From a bacterium (GTDB taxonomy: Bacteria > Bdellovibrionota_C > UBA2361 > CALJRW01), in NCBI GenBank assembly GCA_031385045.1, contig JANNBC010000003.1, forward strand, positions 1 to 38,083: DNA of 38,083 nt. Direction: 5' to 3'. Below, one piece after another: positions 9,448-19,104 of the stretch. The translations under genes were made by a program, and so were the position numbers. Numbering within the stretch: the stretch's first letter is position 1; every line of letters starts with the position of its first letter. The notes under the pieces were generated by a model, which was not told where the DNA came from, did not search any database, and worked only from the letters and a program-made list of their open reading frames with translations.

Positions 9448-10386
9448 CTAATTCACTCGATTAGAATACTCTCCCCTTGAAGCATTAATAATATTATCCA
9501 CCCAAAACTTCATTGATTTGTTCATAGAATTTTCTGTCGCCCAAGCATAGGCTGGCGCTGCCCAAACATTCCCTTCAAAATCATGAAAACTTGCTGGACT
9601 AGCTTCGTAACCATAACCAAATAATTTATTATGCTTGACCATTTCAATAGCTAACTGATGATTGAACAAGTTATGGACAACAGCAATCAGCATTGCCCTG
9701 CTATCCATAGATTTAAGTCTTAGATCAGATAAAATATTTTTTGTTTCTTCATTTACAGCCATCGTTGGAAATAAGATATCAACCTGCCTAATTAAATCGT
9801 CAAGATCCATAAAAGTATAATTTTTAGATTTGGAATTTTTAGACCAATAAATAACTTCCATCCCAAGCCCAAGGCATCTTTCGGCGATTGCTGTTCCTAT
9901 AGCACCTAGTCCTAAGATACCTACCTTTTTTCCTTTTAATTCTATTCCACGATATTTGAGATAATCTTTATCAAAATCCAATGGAAAATTGGATTTAATT
10001 AACATGGGAATTTGACGGGCTACCGAAAACATCATTCCTATGGCCCACTCGGCAACTGACTCCGTAGAAAAACCTTTAATATTACATACCGGAATATCTA
10101 AACTATTAGCAGCACTTAGTTCCACCCAAGAAGTGGAAGTTGAAGCGATCAAAATAGCTTTTAAATTTGGAATATCCTGATAGTCCTCACTTGCTAATTT
10201 CCAACTTACATAATCAGGATTTAAGCACAGTAACTTTTCTTCCTGACATTCATATAATGGTTTGTAATCACGAATTGGGAGAACTTCTTTAATGATACAG
10301 ACTTCACAGGGAAGAGCATTTAACTGCTCCCTTAAATCAGCAGTAACCAGCTCCTCCCATATTGGGTCAAAAATAAATATTTTCAT
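9448..10386 (-). CDS. D-isomer-specific 2-hydroxyacid dehydrogenase-like NAD(P)-binding protein
   Basis: STESVAEWA and ELKGKKVGILGLGAIG Rossmann motif. Canonical RG and TPH motifs are absent. Confidence 0.8.
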   Translation of the reverse strand: MKIFIFDPIWEELVTADLREQLNALPCEVCIIKEVLPIRDYKPLYECQEEKLLCLNPDYVSWKLASEDYQDIPNLKAILIASTSTSWVELSAANSLDIPVCNIKGFSTESVAEWAIGMMFSVARQIPMLIKSNFPLDFDKDYLKYRGIELKGKKVGILGLGAIGTAIAERCLGLGMEVIYWSKNSKSKNYTFMDLDDLIRQVDILFPTMAVNEETKNILSDLRLKSMDSRAMLIAVVHNLFNHQLAIEMVKHNKLFGYGYEASPASFHDFEGNVWAAPAYAWATENSMNKSMKFWVDNIINASRGEYSNRVN

Positions 10387-10429
10387 AGCTTAGATTATTA
10401 CGCCATCTATCATTTTCGCCAGTAGAGTA

Positions 10430-11161
10430 TTACAACTCATTAAAATGCTCTTGAAACTCAATATTATGGTAGACCTTTATAATATCTTCACCAGCCTCTA
10501 ACAAATCAATCAACTTCATATTTGCTAAATAAGCTTCGTCATCAATTGTTTTATAACTTACTGGAATTTGTTCTAGATTAGCTTCTTCTGGAATAATTCC
10601 TAAGCTTTCTAATTTTTTAGAAATTGCACCAAAGTTTTCTTTAGCGGCATAAACTGAAAAGTAACCATCTTCATTTTCGATTTCTTCAGCTCCGGCATCA
10701 ATCATTTCCAGAGTAAAATCATCTTCATTTAGACCAGTATTAGGAATTTCAAAAACTGCTTTGCGATTAAAAATAAATTGTAACGCACCTGGTGTTTCTA
10801 GTGTTCCATTACCTTTATTAAAGCACATTCTAACAAAAGCGATTGTTCGTGTAACATTATTTGTTGAGGCTTCGACAAATATACCGACCCCTTTTGGCCC
10901 ATAACCTTCATAGGAAACTTCATGCTCCTCATCGACTCCATCACCTAAGCCCCGTTTGATTGCTTTATCGATGTTATCTTTGGGAACGTTATTTTTCTTA
11001 CATTTCTCAAAAGCAACTTTTAATAGAAAATTTGTATTAGGATCTTGCCCACCTTTTTTGACTGCTGCCGTAACCTCAAATAAAATTTTAGTATAAACTA
11101 GACTACGCTGTTGATCGGCAGCCCCTTTCTTGTTTACAATGTTGGCCCATTTTCTTCCCAT
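10430..11161 (-). CDS. yebC: YebC/PmpR-family protein
   Basis: KWANI..KKG, PKDNIDKAIKRG, YEGYGPKGV, VYHN motifs. Confidence 0.95.
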   Translation of the reverse strand: MGRKWANIVNKKGAADQQRSLVYTKILFEVTAAVKKGGQDPNTNFLLKVAFEKCKKNNVPKDNIDKAIKRGLGDGVDEEHEVSYEGYGPKGVGIFVEASTNNVTRTIAFVRMCFNKGNGTLETPGALQFIFNRKAVFEIPNTGLNEDDFTLEMIDAGAEEIENEDGYFSVYAAKENFGAISKKLESLGIIPEEANLEQIPVSYKTIDDEAYLANMKLIDLLEAGEDIIKVYHNIEFQEHFNEL

Positions 11162-11193
11162 AAGATTCTTTTTTTATAATAAATATAGTAAGT

Positions 11194-11228
11194 CCAAAAA
11201 GTAATTTCCATAGGGAATTACTTTTTGG
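11194..11228. other. 16-bp imperfect inverted repeat upstream of yebC (hairpin or operator)
   Basis: CCAAAAAGTAATTTCC-ATA-GGGAATTACTTTTTGG. Confidence 0.55.
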
Positions 11229-11313
11229 TGCTTACTATCTCCCAGAGGGATAATAAAATCATATAGTTATGACAAAAAACACAAAACTGACTTTTAAATA
11301 CTCGGAAAATACT

Positions 11314-11341
11314 TTTTGTCATAACTATAATTATCGGTTTA
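11314..11341 (-). other. dif-like XerC/XerD recombination site
   Basis: Minus strand TAAACCGATAA-TTATAG-TTATGACAAAA has the 11-6-11 layout and inner ATAA/TTAT of E. coli dif (GGTGCGCATAA-TGTATA-TTATGTTAAAT). Confidence 0.5.
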
Positions 11342-11638
11342 ACTTATAACAGGATTGATTACTTATCAAAGAAGTCATAGTCCCCGACCAACTGTCTAGT
11401 AGCTCTAATAAATGAGTTATCTGTGGCTATTACTTTAAAGCATTCGCAGGTTAACTTATTGTAATATCGAGAAATTTTTTAAAAAATGACCAATACTTAT
11501 AGTAAAAATCCCTTGTTAACAGCTTTAAAATTCTAATTAACCAGTTACATACTTTCCAAAAAAATCGATTTCCATGCAACACAATCAAGAAAATTGAAAA
11601 TAACCTCCAACTAAGAGTTTCTTTTATTTGCATGCCTA

Positions 11639-12820
11639 ATGTCCCTTAACCCTGAACCTAAAAACATATCGGAATTAGAGCGCTTCAAAAGGCATCTAGA
11701 AACTATCCTTAATCCGCAATTTCCGGATGATGTTGATTTAAATAAGAACTTTCCTAAAAAAGAATATTTCCCTCCGTTCAAACAAAATTTCGATCAAGCA
11801 GACCTTGAGGCAATAAAGACTACGGCTAGTTTAATCCTGCTACTAAAAGGCTTTAGTGCTTGTAAACCAGATAACGTCAGTCCATATAATCATGACGAAG
11901 TTGAAAAACTATTAAACCTCTCTTATCCACAATCTATTTCCCTCTTGGACTCAGAAACAAGAGAGTTTCTCCAATCAGGTATGAAACTTCCCAATAGAGT
12001 TACGACTGGCTTGCCAGATAGTCAGAAAGTTTACCTTGGAGAATGGAATTTTCAAGGACTCCATGGAACTTGTGCTGCCTGGGCCTTAGCGAACGGAATG
12101 CGGATGCAAGGAGAACAAATCAGTATAGATTTAATGACTGAGCTATTAAATATTGCCACTAGGTGTGGATTAAAAGATCACACTAAACATGGACTAAACA
12201 TTCCAATGATTGAATATACTCTAGCATTTAATGATACTACAAATGTAGATCTACTCCCGACGGAGAAACCCTTGCTTTCGGTATCTCCTAAATGTCAGGG
12301 GTATGGCTATGCTCCTGATCAGCAAGACACTCCTGATTACAATCGAATCGTTCAATTTTTAAATACTATCGATCTGGACTCTGAGCTATTAATTGATTAC
12401 CTGAAAAAATCTAACTTTAAATATACCTTAAAACAAAGAGATCCAGAGTTAGAGTTAATACCGATTAGAAATAATGCCCAAATTATTCAAAGCTCGCTAG
12501 AAAGATCTCAACCAATTTATGTTTTAATGAAAGCTACTGAGTTTATGACTGGTGAAAAGCAAGAAGATGCTAGCCTACATGCTGTTTTAATTGCAGGCTA
12601 TCGGATAGAACAAGGGGCAATGGATTTACAAATTATTGATTCTTCCAATGGAGTTTATTGGGTCTCCCTAGAACATTTTAATCAAGCATTTCATAGCTCT
12701 GCTGGTAGCCACATAGTAGCTAAAATATTTGCTAATACATCTTTAGAACAAGAATTTCCCTTGTTTACAAAACACTTTCAAAAGGAATTTCTAGATAGTC
12801 AAAATCCAGATCAAGTTTAA
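11639..12820 (+). CDS. Putative papain-fold (C39/C1-like) cysteine peptidase
   Basis: QGLHGTCAAWALAN (Gln..Cys), SLHAVLIAGY (His), IIDSS (Asp). No signal peptide. Confidence 0.65.
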   Translation: MSLNPEPKNISELERFKRHLETILNPQFPDDVDLNKNFPKKEYFPPFKQNFDQADLEAIKTTASLILLLKGFSACKPDNVSPYNHDEVEKLLNLSYPQSISLLDSETREFLQSGMKLPNRVTTGLPDSQKVYLGEWNFQGLHGTCAAWALANGMRMQGEQISIDLMTELLNIATRCGLKDHTKHGLNIPMIEYTLAFNDTTNVDLLPTEKPLLSVSPKCQGYGYAPDQQDTPDYNRIVQFLNTIDLDSELLIDYLKKSNFKYTLKQRDPELELIPIRNNAQIIQSSLERSQPIYVLMKATEFMTGEKQEDASLHAVLIAGYRIEQGAMDLQIIDSSNGVYWVSLEHFNQAFHSSAGSHIVAKIFANTSLEQEFPLFTKHFQKEFLDSQNPDQV

Positions 12821-12894
12821 TGGGATGTAAGTAATAGATTATTTATAAAATCATTACATTAATTGTAAAAACTAGTCGTCCTAATAATAAAAAT

Positions 12895-15405
12895 CTACTT
12901 CGAATTAACTTTCTCCGTAATCTCTATTGTCCTAATCCTGCTAAAATCACTATTAACTCCATCGGAAGCTTGCAATCGGAATTGATAGATCCCTGGTTCT
13001 AGATGTCCAGTGTCTAAGCGATAATAATTTCTACCACTTAAGTTCGATCGAACAGGCGCCCAAGGACTCTTCCCTGAAGAAGCATGGATACTCACCCAAT
13101 ATTTTGCTTTTCGCTTAGAATCCTCTTTTTGATCTTCATCTGTAATATTCCATTCTAATTTAAGAACTTTACCTTGAACAATCTTTTCAATTTTTTTGGG
13201 ACCTAAAAATTTTACGTTTGGTGCATTTCTACTAACAACCCTTTGCGCTAATAGCTTATTGCTAGCTTCATTCCAGAGTTGAATAATCTTAGTTCCTTTA
13301 GGAAAAGGCAGAACTTGAACAAAAAAAGTAATTGGAAGATCAACAGCAGACTCGGAAGTTGACCAAGAACCAGCAAGACCTACATTGGATAACTCCTGAT
13401 GATCACGATCAAGAAAACGAAAACGATAAATACCTTGTTTATCATTATCGTCGCGATCTGGAACTCGCTCACCCACTCGGTAAAATGGACTTAAAAAAAC
13501 TTGATCGTTATAACCAATTGCCCCAGCAAGTAAGATACTATCGGGGTCAGGCAAAGGAGATAGGGCATCAATTAATGCTTCATAATCTGCCGCATCAATC
13601 CATCTTTTACGAGTATTCCATGACAGGAAGTCGGCTCGCGGAGAGCTACCCATCAAACAGTTAGTATTACATTGTTCATTATCAGTTAGCGAGGCAATCT
13701 CCGCAGGTTCATCCCCCGTCTTAATCCAAAATCCAGAAGATGGATTACCTGGTTTTCTTAAGACATCTTCATGCTTATATTCATCATATCCGCCACCGAT
13801 ACCACAGATTAAAGTGCTAATAGGCTCATCAATGCCACAAAACACAGAATCTTTTAGTTCGGGATCAACACTAAGACCAAATGTATGTCCCAGTTCATGT
13901 GAGGGAAGTGACATCGAAGGTTCATAGTCATTAACACTTACATGATCATCCCCCCTTCTAAGTTGCTCTGCCGATACTAACACGGCGCGTGGACCAACTG
14001 TTGTTAAAGATACTCCTGGAGTTGTATCCCAGAATCCATAAAGAAAAGAGGAGAAGTATGTTCTTGGAACTACTCCCACAATTCGATCCATATTTAATAA
14101 ACCTGCCTGGAAATTAAGATCAAATAATGCCACAAAGGGAATGGCACTATCAGCAGGTATTGCTAAGGCATTAAGCAGAGTTGTTACAAAATCAAAGAGT
14201 CCTCCAACTAGTGAAGGAGAATATGCAAATGGGAGGATAATAGAACGAACGTCAGGAGTAGGATAGGTTGCCTTGATAAAGGCACTTCCCAGTGCAGAAA
14301 TCCTAGCTATCTGGGCATCCGTTGCTAAACTTGCAGTTGTTAACAATCTACCAACCTTCATCCAATGGATCACTGGAAGCCTAGATTCTACAATCTTAAA
14401 TCTTAAACTATCTGCCGTATCCTCAGAAATAAAATCGTTTCTACGCCGACAGTCATCTGCTGGTAAATCAGCTTGAAGTTCTCTCAAGGGATCAATCCTA
14501 GCGTTGATGTATAAAATATTATCATCAGCTTTTGGGGCAGGCACAATAATCGGAACATCTCTACGGAAATAAAGTCTTCTGACTTCACCAGCCTGTAAGG
14601 GCGGTGTAATTGGAAAAGTTTCTTTAAAACCAAAATTTGGTCCAACAATATCAAATGAAATGGAAGTCGAAATTTCTCGGTTAAAATTATTTGCTACTCT
14701 GGCCATTAGTACCATCGGCTTCCCGGCAACGAGTCGGCGTGGACGATGAATTACCTGCACTGGAGAAACTTCAATTAAGGCAACATCTTCCACTGTTGGC
14801 GGTCTACCATTTAGAGATTCAATTCTAAGTCTAGCAACTCCATTCTCACTACCACTGGAACTATCCCCTCTGGCCTCAATTACTCCCTGAGATGGAACAT
14901 TTGTTCCATCTGCTAAGTTGATTCGCAAAGTACAAAGATCAAAACCAGCCTCAAATTTACGACTACTAGATAGTGTGTTAAGATCAATCACATCATCATC
15001 ACCAGATGCGGCCCCATCCTCATCCCACAATTCGAAACCTACTGAAGGCAAATCCGTTTCTACTCTTTGTGTAAATGTATTACCCGTGACCCAATGTGGG
15101 TTATCTGATCCATCAATCAAAGGCAAGCTGAGCACATCCTCACTAATATACATCTTCCCAAAAAGATCGGCTTTATCAGTAAAAAATAAAACATCAGTAT
15201 CAACATCCTCACTAACATTAGCAGAGAGGACAGTCATCAAAACATCCCTTTCCGCGGGAACAAAATCTGCAGGGTTTGGAAATCCACTAAAAGATGCTGG
15301 ACAGATTCCATCATCCGCCCAAGCGCTGAAGGTAAGTGGAATAATGCTATAAAAAATAATCAGAGAAAGATAGAATTTCTTGTGGATGCATTTTAATCTG
15401 AGCAT
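12895..15405 (-). CDS. Secreted multidomain putative zinc metallopeptidase
   Basis: Signal peptide ending near AWA, Asp-rich C2-like segment ELWDEDG..GDDDVID, HELGHTFGL zinc motif, candidate Met-turn CLMG, C-terminal Ig/FN3-like domain. RBS AAGGA upstream. Confidence 0.65.
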   Translation of the reverse strand: MLRLKCIHKKFYLSLIIFYSIIPLTFSAWADDGICPASFSGFPNPADFVPAERDVLMTVLSANVSEDVDTDVLFFTDKADLFGKMYISEDVLSLPLIDGSDNPHWVTGNTFTQRVETDLPSVGFELWDEDGAASGDDDVIDLNTLSSSRKFEAGFDLCTLRINLADGTNVPSQGVIEARGDSSSGSENGVARLRIESLNGRPPTVEDVALIEVSPVQVIHRPRRLVAGKPMVLMARVANNFNREISTSISFDIVGPNFGFKETFPITPPLQAGEVRRLYFRRDVPIIVPAPKADDNILYINARIDPLRELQADLPADDCRRRNDFISEDTADSLRFKIVESRLPVIHWMKVGRLLTTASLATDAQIARISALGSAFIKATYPTPDVRSIILPFAYSPSLVGGLFDFVTTLLNALAIPADSAIPFVALFDLNFQAGLLNMDRIVGVVPRTYFSSFLYGFWDTTPGVSLTTVGPRAVLVSAEQLRRGDDHVSVNDYEPSMSLPSHELGHTFGLSVDPELKDSVFCGIDEPISTLICGIGGGYDEYKHEDVLRKPGNPSSGFWIKTGDEPAEIASLTDNEQCNTNCLMGSSPRADFLSWNTRKRWIDAADYEALIDALSPLPDPDSILLAGAIGYNDQVFLSPFYRVGERVPDRDDNDKQGIYRFRFLDRDHQELSNVGLAGSWSTSESAVDLPITFFVQVLPFPKGTKIIQLWNEASNKLLAQRVVSRNAPNVKFLGPKKIEKIVQGKVLKLEWNITDEDQKEDSKRKAKYWVSIHASSGKSPWAPVRSNLSGRNYYRLDTGHLEPGIYQFRLQASDGVNSDFSRIRTIEITEKVNSK

Positions 15406-15563
15406 ACAAATCCTTGTAATTAATTAATTGCCGTAAGTGATTTAGAACTTCAGTAAAATAGCATACCTCCTAGATCTCCCGCTAGCTAATGTTTTTCTTA
15501 TAATTGATAAATATGAAGCAGTTTTTTTACTTTTTACTAATAATTCAAACAAACTTGCAGAGA

Positions 15564-16808
15564 TTATAAAATCATCCCTCCAGCAACAGTATTACTGGAC
15601 TCTAAATCAATCAAAATGAAACTTCCTGTCCCTTTATGATCGCGGTAGGAATCATAGGCTACTGGATAGCTTGTTCTAATTTGAACCTCGGCAATATCAT
15701 TTAACTGAAGCTCAGTTCTATTTTCATCTTTTCTAAATGTAGCTGGATCTAAAACATAATTTATTTTTTCAACTACTGCAGATACCTGCTTTACACCTAA
15801 TTGTAGAATTAGTTCTGTGCCAAGCTTAAGTCTGGAACTTCCCATCCAGCAAATATTGGCATTAAGTGAATGGCTTAACTTTGGAAGAGTATCGGGATGA
15901 GTTAGTATATCACCCCTTGATATTTGAATATCTGATTCAAATAATATTTTAGAACTTAATGGAGCAACTACTTTTGTGCTTGCTCCATCTAAATCAAACA
16001 AACTATTAATTTTTGTACGATTTGAGTTTCTGACATTGATTAATTCATCTTCTAGGCTGACAGTAGCATTTAAAATTAAGGCATGAACTAAAGGCAAACT
16101 AAGTTTAGACGCAACTTTCTCAACAAACTGAGTACTAATTCTTAGAGCTTTAAAATCTGAAGCCCTACGAATCTGTAAAGAGTTAAGCGTATCAAGTAGA
16201 TTTTCTCCTTGATACCAAGGGATGTTACTTGAACGATTAACAACATTGTCACCATGCAGGGCACTAATCGGGATAAATTTTACTTCCCGAACATTTAGTT
16301 GCTGAGCCCAATAAAGAAATTCACTTTGAATCTTCCGAAAAGTATCTTGAGAATATTCCACAAGATCCATTTTGTTAACACAAACTACTAGGACTTCCAC
16401 ACCAAGAAGTGATGCAACTAAGGAATGGCGCTTACTCTGTTCGGTAATCCCTTTTCGAGCATCAATTAAAATCAGACTAGCATCGGCAGTGGATGTACCA
16501 GTGACCATGTTTCTAGTGTACTGAACATGCCCTGGAGTATCCGCCAGAATAAACTTTCTGCTTGGGGTATTAAAATAACGATAAGCAACATCGATTGTAA
16601 TCCCCTGCTCTCTTTCCGCTTTTAAGCCATCGGTGATTTGAGCCAAATCAATCTGGTCTCGTCCTAAAGTTGAAGCTTTTTTCTGTAGTGCTTCAATTTG
16701 ATCTAAAGGCAGATTCCCAGAATCATAAAGTAGTCTGCCAATTAAAGTACTTTTTCCATCATCAACACTACCAGCGGTTGCCAGTCTTAATAAATCTTGC
16801 TTACTCAT
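15564..16808 (-). CDS. cysN: Sulfate adenylyltransferase subunit 1 (GTPase), no fused APS kinase
   Basis: GSVDDGKSTLIGRLL, EREQGITIDVAYRYF, DTPGH, NKMD. Confidence 0.95.
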   Translation of the reverse strand: MSKQDLLRLATAGSVDDGKSTLIGRLLYDSGNLPLDQIEALQKKASTLGRDQIDLAQITDGLKAEREQGITIDVAYRYFNTPSRKFILADTPGHVQYTRNMVTGTSTADASLILIDARKGITEQSKRHSLVASLLGVEVLVVCVNKMDLVEYSQDTFRKIQSEFLYWAQQLNVREVKFIPISALHGDNVVNRSSNIPWYQGENLLDTLNSLQIRRASDFKALRISTQFVEKVASKLSLPLVHALILNATVSLEDELINVRNSNRTKINSLFDLDGASTKVVAPLSSKILFESDIQISRGDILTHPDTLPKLSHSLNANICWMGSSRLKLGTELILQLGVKQVSAVVEKINYVLDPATFRKDENRTELQLNDIAEVQIRTSYPVAYDSYRDHKGTGSFILIDLESSNTVAGGMIL

Positions 16809-16850
16809 TTTATCATGCTTTAAAAATTAAATTATCTACCTGCTTAATTA

Positions 16851-17795
16851 CTATGGCCAACCTTGTAGCTTACGTTGCTCCATTCCTGTTGCCTGGTTTT
16901 GATCATCTGCCCTAGTTGCTCGTTCGCTATATTTAGAGGACTTAATTTCCGCTAACACTTCAGCAACTGTTTTAGCTTCTGATTCAATAAAGCCAGTAGT
17001 CTCACGATCCCCAACCGTTCGACTTCTTACTGTTTTTATTTCCACAGTTTCATTTGGTTTTAAAACGGTATCATCAAAATATGCCAGCAATACTCCATCA
17101 CGACGGAATACCTCCCTTTGATGAGCAAAATAAAGTGATGGCAAGTCCACCTCTTCTTTTAAGATGTATTGCCAAACATCTGTTTCGGTCCAATCGCTAA
17201 TTGGAAAAACTCTTAAGTGTTGTCCGGAAGACAGGTTTGTATTGTAAGTATCCCAAAGTTCTGGTCGTTGAGCTTTTGGATTCCACTGATTAAATTCATC
17301 GCGGACAGAAAATATTCGCTCTTTAGCTCTAGTACCCTCCTCATCTCGCCTTGCTCCTCCAATTAAACCTTGCAGAGAATCTGTTTCAACGGAATAATTT
17401 ATTAGCTTAATTAATGAGCCAATATTTCCAATCTGCTTAGCTCCCCTTTTTAAATATCCAGATTTTTCAAACTCAGGGACAGAAAGAACCTGTAACCTTC
17501 CACCAATTGAATCAACAAAACGGTCTCGGAATTCTATAACCTCAGCAAAGTTATTACCGCTATCATAATGATAAAAGGTGAATGGTATAGATGCTCTTAC
17601 GCTGTGACTAGCAAATGCTTTCTTGGCAATCTGTGCAATACAAACAGAATCTTTTCCTCCAGAGAACATCAGTCCAACTGGATTTAATGTGGCTCTGACT
17701 TCTTGTAAGATCTTTGCCGACTGTTCTTCCAAAATCCGTAAATGACTAATTACATAAGAATTTAGTTGAGAATTTCTTGTTACATGAGCATTCAT
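16851..17795 (-). CDS. cysD: Sulfate adenylyltransferase subunit 2
   Basis: FSGGKDS PP-loop, GGARRDEE..RAKERIFS, QRPELW. SD AAGGA upstream. Confidence 0.95.
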   Translation of the reverse strand: MNAHVTRNSQLNSYVISHLRILEEQSAKILQEVRATLNPVGLMFSGGKDSVCIAQIAKKAFASHSVRASIPFTFYHYDSGNNFAEVIEFRDRFVDSIGGRLQVLSVPEFEKSGYLKRGAKQIGNIGSLIKLINYSVETDSLQGLIGGARRDEEGTRAKERIFSVRDEFNQWNPKAQRPELWDTYNTNLSSGQHLRVFPISDWTETDVWQYILKEEVDLPSLYFAHQREVFRRDGVLLAYFDDTVLKPNETVEIKTVRSRTVGDRETTGFIESEAKTVAEVLAEIKSSKYSERATRADDQNQATGMEQRKLQGWP

Positions 17796-17888
17796 GTTCG
17801 TTCCTTAAATTTTAGATGAATAAGAATAATTTGGTTAACAAATAACCAATGATTTTTTAACTAATTGTGTAGATTGATAATTATATGC

Positions 17889-17945
17889 CTAACGGCACAG
17901 ACAATTTGAGGAGCGACAGCAGGAAAAATGTGAAAAGGAATTCAT
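17889..17945 (-). CDS. Putative cysteine-rich leader peptide of cysDN (MNSFSHFSCCRSSNCLCR)
   Basis: 18-codon ORF with 4 Cys codons in the last 10, ending 93 nt before cysD. TGCC-GTTA-GGCA hairpin spans its stop codon. Confidence 0.75.
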   Translation of the reverse strand: MNSFSHFSCCRSSNCLCR

Positions 17946-17951
17946 TGTTTA

Positions 17952-17980
17952 GAAGTAACATAATACTCATTGTGATTCAA
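17952..17980 (-). promoter_or_regulatory. Candidate sigma70-type promoter for the cys leader (leaderless geometry)
   Basis: TTGAAT-17 nt (ending TGT)-TACTTC-6 nt-ATG. The -10 lacks its final T. Confidence 0.5.
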
Positions 17981-18096
17981 CATGTTTTTTTATAAAGATC
18001 AAAACTAAATCAATAGTATTACTAGCTAGCCTCAACTTTCATGCTCAAGTATAAATGTTTTAAGCTTTAATTCTGAGTAATCCAATTAAAAATATC

Positions 18097-19104
18097 TTGA
18101 AAAATTTATTTAATGACCGTGCTGATCTTGTTATCAGACTGACAGCAATTGCCCTACTTTGGAGTCATATTTGTTCTTGGACCCAATGGACTAACCCAGA
18201 CTTTATGGTCTCGGTATTTAACCTCTCAGAGACTGCATATCTATGCTTCATGATTATTTTTGGATTTGTGGCTGGGGTAGTTATTTTGTTTCCCAAGCTT
18301 TGGACTCTTTTAGTAATCTCAATACTAGTCTCTATTGTCTTAGATTTAAATTCATTAACTGAATACACCTATAACTATTTGTTACTTTTAATTTTTTCAG
18401 GTCTAGACCGATCATTAAAACTCTCCCTCTGGCTAATTGCGATACAAGAAATTTGGGCAGGAGTTAATAAATTCAATACTGGTTATATCAATGTAATTTC
18501 CTTTTTTAGCTTACCTTTTGAGAACTTTCTAGCTCTACAGATAATTGTAATTATCGGAACACTCCTTACTCCATTTTTTGAGATAATAATTGGTACAGGA
18601 ATCCTGCTCCGATGGAAAGCAACTGTTTATCTTACCTTTATAATTCACGGATTCGCGATTGTTCTGCTTTGCACGATTCTTCATTACGCCGAAGTCGTAT
18701 GGTCTTGGAATATTTTAATTCTCGCCTTGATTTACTTATTTTATAAATGGAGAATAACTAGCTTTAATAACAATAGTCGTGCACAATTATTAGTAATAAT
18801 TATACTAATGATAATTCCATTTTCTCAATTCTTCACAACCACCACCAAGCCAATTTGTTATCGGATGTATACAGGAAATGAAATTCAAATTTCTATCGAT
18901 CAGAAATCATATCTTGATGAGTATTCTCAAAAAGTTAGAACTCTCCCTTATTCTAGCATCCCAAGTTATGAACACACCTTAGCTAACCTATGTAAAACTA
19001 GAAAATTTAATCAGGCAAGAATAGACGTCCCCGGGAATCTATTTATAACAAAGTATAAGAAAGAATATCATTGCAAGAATTCACAACTTTTAGAAATGAG
19101 ATAA
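18097..19104 (+). CDS. Polytopic membrane protein, possibly HTTM/DoxX-MauE-like
   Basis: Many TM helices, WAGVNKFN, PFFEIIIG and VVWSWN motifs. TTG start uncertain. Confidence 0.6.
   Translation: MKNLFNDRADLVIRLTAIALLWSHICSWTQWTNPDFMVSVFNLSETAYLCFMIIFGFVAGVVILFPKLWTLLVISILVSIVLDLNSLTEYTYNYLLLLIFSGLDRSLKLSLWLIAIQEIWAGVNKFNTGYINVISFFSLPFENFLALQIIVIIGTLLTPFFEIIIGTGILLRWKATVYLTFIIHGFAIVLLCTILHYAEVVWSWNILILALIYLFYKWRITSFNNNSRAQLLVIIILMIIPFSQFFTTTTKPICYRMYTGNEIQISIDQKSYLDEYSQKVRTLPYSSIPSYEHTLANLCKTRKFNQARIDVPGNLFITKYKKEYHCKNSQLLEMR

Noticed and set aside
11262..11329. Inverted repeat as an integron attC site or MITE
   Set aside because: The GTT and AAC boxes are in the opposite order to attC, there is no integrase, no clear target duplication and only one copy. 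A dif-like reading fits better.
13332..15352. Plus-strand ORFs 13332-13664, 14273-14476 and 14918-15352
   Set aside because: Antisense shadows of the 836-aa gene with no recognisable motifs.
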